Made by a program: the position numbers and the translations under genes. Positions 34,311 to 39,558 of a stretch of DNA of 39,558 nt are shown piece after piece. The first letter of the stretch is position 1. Every line of letters starts with the position of its first letter. The DNA is from Octopus bimaculoides (Eukaryota): positions 1,337,831-1,377,388 of the forward strand of contig NC_069000.1 in NCBI RefSeq assembly GCF_001194135.2, given 5' to 3'. The notes below the pieces were generated by a model. It was not told the DNA's origin. It did no database searches and worked only from the letters and a program-made list of their open reading frames with translations.

Positions 34311-35599
34311 TTGTTAGCTGGTTGGGTGATGCTCAAATTTTTTGGTTTCTATCTGTCAACTCTGCCAGTTCTTACTGCATTTAGTATTGATTCCAGACCA
34401 TTTGTGTAGCTTGTCAACAGATTCTACAATATGCAAGTTATTGATATATCAGAAGACTGTTCTCAATCTCTTGGGTTATTGCCAAAAGGACCGATAGTGG
34501 GGGGTGGGGGGAGTGATGGCTAAATTTTTACTGAGCACACTCCTCCATGTTGCTGCCAATCCTGATATGGCATTTCAATTGAAGTCTCAATCTCATCAAT
34601 GTTAGTTGTTTTACTGTTCTGCCAGATTGCAAAATGTGAAATCCTCCTGGAAGTTAATAGAAGCAAACTGCTTTGGCAGTTGAACAATTTTAAAAATACA
34701 GTCTCTGTCCTTGGCCAAGATTAATCAGTTATCCTCATTCTTTCAAAACTCTTGTCTAGTACCATTTTGCTAAACATCTTTTACTGATTTCCTTATTTGT
34801 GAATCTCCTTTATTCATAGAATGTTTCACTTAGCAAGTAACTACCAGATGCATCTCAACAGCCATTCCCTGATGGATCTGCAAGCTGCAGTTGTATATAA
34901 ATATATTTTTAAATTCACTTTTAACTGTTTGTTGTGATCTCAGCAAGATTTTGAGTAAAAGACCTGGCAGTTCATTTCAGCTGAGCTACTTGAATTTTAA
35001 GTCTTCTGATATTGTCTGCATTTTCAAAAGGAATTGTTACCTGATACATGGTTTTCTTAGCTGGCAGTTTTTAGCTTGCTTACCTTGAAAGACCTACATT
35101 ACAGGTGTTTTGATGGTTAGTTGGGGTGGAAACAAATTTAGTAAACTATGGAAATTTAATATTTTCAAAGTTGAAGACGGCTACTTGTCTAGGTGCAGTG
35201 TTGTAACCCATCTTCAATTGGCAGTGTACAACCACTGCACATTGGTTTGTATCCAGCTGGAATACAAATTGCACATGCACACAGTCTGATGCTTATTTCA
35301 AGTTTATTCAGTCTGGTCTGTGTACTGCTTATTGTTTCAAGCAAGATATCAGATTTATGAAAACAACTTTGTCATTATTAAAAGCTGATATTTGGAATAG
35401 AAATTGGGAAATTTGGATGGGTTTTAATTTAATTCTTTTGTTATCAAACTGCCAGAGATCACTTCTGGTTCTAGGACATAAACATCCTATTAAAATTTTC
35501 CTTCAAAATTTCATGTTAATTTAAGTTTCAAGCAGCAGCTTAATAATTATTTCAAATTTTTACCACAGAGGCAGCTTGGGGGAGGTGGGGATGAGTCAG

Positions 35600-35750
35600 T
35601 TACATCAACCCCCAGTGTTCATCTGGTACTTATTTTATCAACCTCAAACGGATGAAAGGCAAAGTCGACGTTGGCAGAATTTGAACTCAGATTGTAGCAA
35701 TGGTCAAAATACTGCTAAGCATTTTGTCCAGCTTGCTAACAATTCTGCCT
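35600..35750 (-). mobile_element. SINE family A
   Basis: ggatgaaaggcaaagtcgacgttggcagaatttgaactcag...gctaagcatttt...gctaacaattctgcc. Confidence 0.78.
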
Positions 35751-38700
35751 TAATGACAATTGTTTTACTAAATTAGTTGAAATAAAGGAAGTTTATTTCA
35801 ATAGAAGTATGATAATGAAAGGGGTTAAATCACTAATATGGAATAAAAGGGCATTGCTGGTGGGAGGATATCAGCCTTTTTATTTGTGGGTTTTTCCACA
35901 AACACCCTCAAGTTTAATTTTCCAAGAGATTCACTTGGTGATATATTTCTGCAGAAATAATCCACCTATTTAGTTGAATCCGTCATAAAACAAATTAGTA
36001 TTTTTTTAATTGGGTTCAGTTACCTAAGCTTTTCACAACATAGAATTATTTTGCATTGGATTGGTCTTATGTAACTGATCCTAACATTAAAACTTTCAAG
36101 CAATTTCTCTCTTTTCAAGATGCATTGTTTTGTGACTGACATTTTATAATTTTTTTTCCCTCTACATCCACATTTATGTACCCTCCCCCCCTTTTTTTTT
36201 TTTAGCTATGTCAAGAACCCTATTCTTTGTGTCTCAAAATATACACATTATGAGGTTTGATTGTGTGATTGTTGCAATTAAAACTGGTTCAAGGGAGGGA
36301 GTGGAACTAAGAGAAATGTCCATGTACCAGGCAAAAGTTTGGAGTGGGAGAAGGATAACTGTACCTGAATGATTGATTTACAGGTACAGTTTCCATTCAC
36401 CTAATTTCATTGAGAAGGCTTAACACTTGTGATACAAACCCTTTCACCACCCAGTCATCATTGTTTATGGGGAGTTGAAATGCCAGGCAGTGAGACTGAA
36501 CCCAGAACCATGTGCTTGGGAAGCAAACTTCTTTCTTACACAGCCATTCCTACCTCTATCAGTTTCCCCCCTCTTCCACCTTCCAAAACTTTGTGAATAT
36601 TTCCCCCTTACAAGCATTTTTATTTACTTAACATGATGAGCTACTTTTTAATTAGATAAGGCATGTCTTGCTACTGACAGTGTTACTATTAATAAAGTTA
36701 TTTAAATGTCTTAAACGAGCTGTTTAAGAAATTAGAGCAGTTATCTAAAGTTATGACCTTATCTACAATAACCTCAAATTAACTCATTTTAGTTATGTTT
36801 TGCCACAATTGAGAAAAGATACTTTTTTTTTTTCTTTGCATTTGTCTTTTGAACATCATGGATACCAAAGCTGGCATTTTTCCTTTTTTGTTTTGGTGAT
36901 GCTGGTTGATTTAAAGATGAATGATGCACTTCAGTATAAATATAATATTTTTATGTAAAATCCTATATTTTCCAAGATGGTCATGGCCAGAACACCTTTG
37001 CCATTATTGTTATAGGTTATTGAATCAAAATTTGAATGGGTGTGTTCTTCAGTAGCATATATATATATATTTATATATTATACACACACACCTAGATCTT
37101 TCAAGTGTTGGGCCTCACAGAGGCAATGACAAACCTTTGGCACTATGTCATGCTTGAGAAGAGCCATTGAGCCAAGCAAAATCGCAGTCATGGCGGACTG
37201 ATCTGGTCACTTCGTGTTGCATCTGCCTCGATTTTATACTTGATGACTTTTGGCCATGGATAAAACATTTACCTTTTGTGTAATGTTCACCCTTCTGGAG
37301 GTGGAAGTATTTGTATTATAAACACAAGTTTGGTAAGTTCTTTGATTTTTATTTAAGTTATCAACTGGAAAACGAGGGAAGCCTTGTGACACATTTTCTG
37401 CTTTTTTTTATTTTTTATTTTTTATTTTTTTAAAATTTTTAAATCATCTTAAGTTGCTGAGCAGAATATATTTATTCTCTGTTGTTTGTCACTTTAAGAT
37501 ATGTCCTTTGTCGGGTAAGTAAATATACAGCTTTTACTTAAATAAAGGCTGCGTGCACCTACTATTCCTGCTACAGTTTTCCACCTGTTTCCAAGACAAC
37601 AATCTCAATAAAGCAAAGACTGGTCTCCTTCTTATTCACAGCCAGAAAATATCTTCCTGCTAACAATTACCATTTTTGGACAGTGTTATTGCTACACCCA
37701 TCAACGTTCTAGATCCGCATCCCCACAAAATAATTCTTCCTGCTATAAGTACGAGGGGGCAAGTTGATTACATTGACTTCATTGCTCAACTAGTTCTTTC
37801 ACTGACCCCGAAGAACAAAGGACAAAATTGATTTTGGCAGAATGTTAAAGCTGGAAGAAATGTTTCTCAGAATCTTGGAACACATCCCCAAAATAGTGTC
37901 ATTCGAAAAGTTGCTATGATGTCATTTACCAGCAAACTCCAGCCTCTCATTCATAGATGTTCTCCGTTTCAACTATTTTTTCTGACCCGACTACAGTGGG
38001 GGTTCCTCTTTGCAACTTGCTAATCTTGGACACTCTTGATTCATTTATCATCGTCCACATATTCAGGCCTTCTTTCTCTGAAGGGCAGCTTTGTGGAATT
38101 CCCTCCTAACATGTTTCCCAGCTGCTGTCAACTTACAACCTATAACACGAGGATCATTAACTGCACTGGTCTCTGGCAGATTTATAAAGGCATTTTTTTT
38201 TACTTCTCTCTTTTAATCCTTACGTTATTATATTTCTATTGAAAAACACTGCTTTTGGTTCAATTTATTTTCCAAATATGAATTTAGTAAAATAACTCGT
38301 TAAGTGTTTAAGAGCATAAATTAACATGCAATTTTGATACAAAGTTTCAATTTAGATCTCATTAAAACAGACAGTTTTTATCATAGAATTGGGGGCAAGT
38401 TTCCGGTAGCTGAGTATCTGAAAGGGTTAAGCAGACTAATTCCACCCATTGCTTATCTTTAGATTTCTTCGACACAATGCAATGGCACAAAACCTTTGGC
38501 CAGTTGCCTTTTGTCTATTCGGTGCTCTCTGCTTCGTGATTGTTCTACAAATAACTATTTGTGCTGGAGAGATTTTGTCAGTGTTTAGATGTAATTAAAG
38601 ATGATAAAAGCTGCTATTAGATCTAATGACCTGTCTTAACAATGGACGGATTGTCTGTGAAGTAGCTTCTTCACAAGGGTAAGTTGATATTTATAAGCAT

Positions 38701-38864
38701 GATTTTAAATTCACTGGATTGCTGACATATTAAGACCAAACAGATAATGGTTGTCGGCATCAGCAAAGAACGGATATTTGGTAAGTCTTGTGTATTGATG
38801 GGAGACGAAAATACAGGTGTTCTTGGTTCTTCAGAAGGGCACAAAGAGGGTTTATCCTTTTATT

Positions 38865-39165
38865 TGTTTCAGTATGCTACTGGTACTTAATTTGTCGACC
38901 CCAAAAGGATGAAAGGCAAAGTCGATCTCGCCGGAACTTGAACTCAGAGTGCAAAGACAGATGAAATACCTCTAAGCACTTCACCCACCGTGCTAACAAT
39001 TCTGCCAGCTCGATGCCTTACAAGGACTGAAGTATTGAAGACGGTTGGATTGATTAGACCCCAGTACTTGCCTAGTACTTTATTTTCTCAACCCAGGAAG
39101 GATGAAATGTGAAGTTGACCTCAACAGGATTTAAACTCTGAGCTTAAAGATCTGCAAGAAATACT
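38865..39165 (-). mobile_element. Two tandem SINE A copies
   Basis: 38865-39010 and 39045-39165 both carry ggatgaaa(gg/tg)...gt(c/t)ga...gaactc. Confidence 0.75.
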
Positions 39166-39217
39166 GCCCTCGCCGGAACTTGAACTCAGAGTGTAAAGAC
39201 AGATGAAATACCTCTAA

Positions 39218-39558
39218 GTTGAAGCATTTAACGAAATAGAAGGGGATATAGCATCATACAACGTGGAAGACAATTGAAGATTTCTGCGGGACAACCTGTT
39301 GAAAGCCACCGACCAGATTTGTGGGTGGTGTAAGGTCCCCTCCCGACCCAGAGTAACGTGGTGGTGGAACAAGGAGGTAGACAGGGCTATTAGACAAAAG
39401 AAACAGGCTTGGAAGGACTGGAAGAACGGTGGTAGCAGGGAATTGTACCAATGTGCCAGAAGGGAGGCTAGGCGACAGGTTTATTTAGCCAGAGGGGAAG
39501 CAGATAAGAAAAGATTTGCAGTGTTGGCTATAGCCTAGTCACCCGTATTACGAACCAG
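39218..39558 (+). mobile_element. RTE-LINE ORF internal fragment running off the window end
   Basis: VEAFNEIEGDIASYNVEDN*RFLRDNLLKATDQICGWCKVPSRPRVTWWWNKEVDRAIRQKKQAWKDW (the WWN motif of the endonuclease-RT linker). After KKRFA another frame reads VGYSLVTRITNQ, which I recall as pre-RT sequence, suggesting an internal deletion. Confidence 0.85.

Noticed and set aside
38600-38790. Two plus-strand GTAAGT donors (about 38679 and 38781)
   Set aside because: The implied exons do not join in an open frame; they could be UTR exons but are unsupported without RNA data.

Overview
AT-rich, microsatellite- and SINE-dense animal genomic DNA. The repeat families look like those I recall from Octopus (an inference, not a database match). 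Three protein-coding loci are supported. (1) A minus-strand, unnamed, probably secreted cysteine-rich gene: a signal-peptide exon at 6807-6729 and phase-1 symmetric exons down to 2597 encoding EGF-like and galactose-binding-like modules; its 3' end is unresolved. (2) A complete five-exon TRAPPC2L on the minus strand (18027-14026, 138 aa) whose 152-nt intron 2 has U12 minor-spliceosome signals. (3) An intronless, intact eIF5A ORF (24451-24921, +) with the hypusine lysine K50. The rest is tRNA-derived SINEs, RTE-LINE pieces, Tc1/mariner and hAT remnants, microsatellites and two assembly gaps. The most unusual observations are a 32-bp inverted repeat that would fold a candidate cassette exon into a hairpin with a single A-C mismatch (5517-5632), a hammerhead-ribozyme-like core cut by the left window edge (1-22, minus), and a roughly 10-kb SINE-free, CpG-retaining domain (22.8-33 kb).
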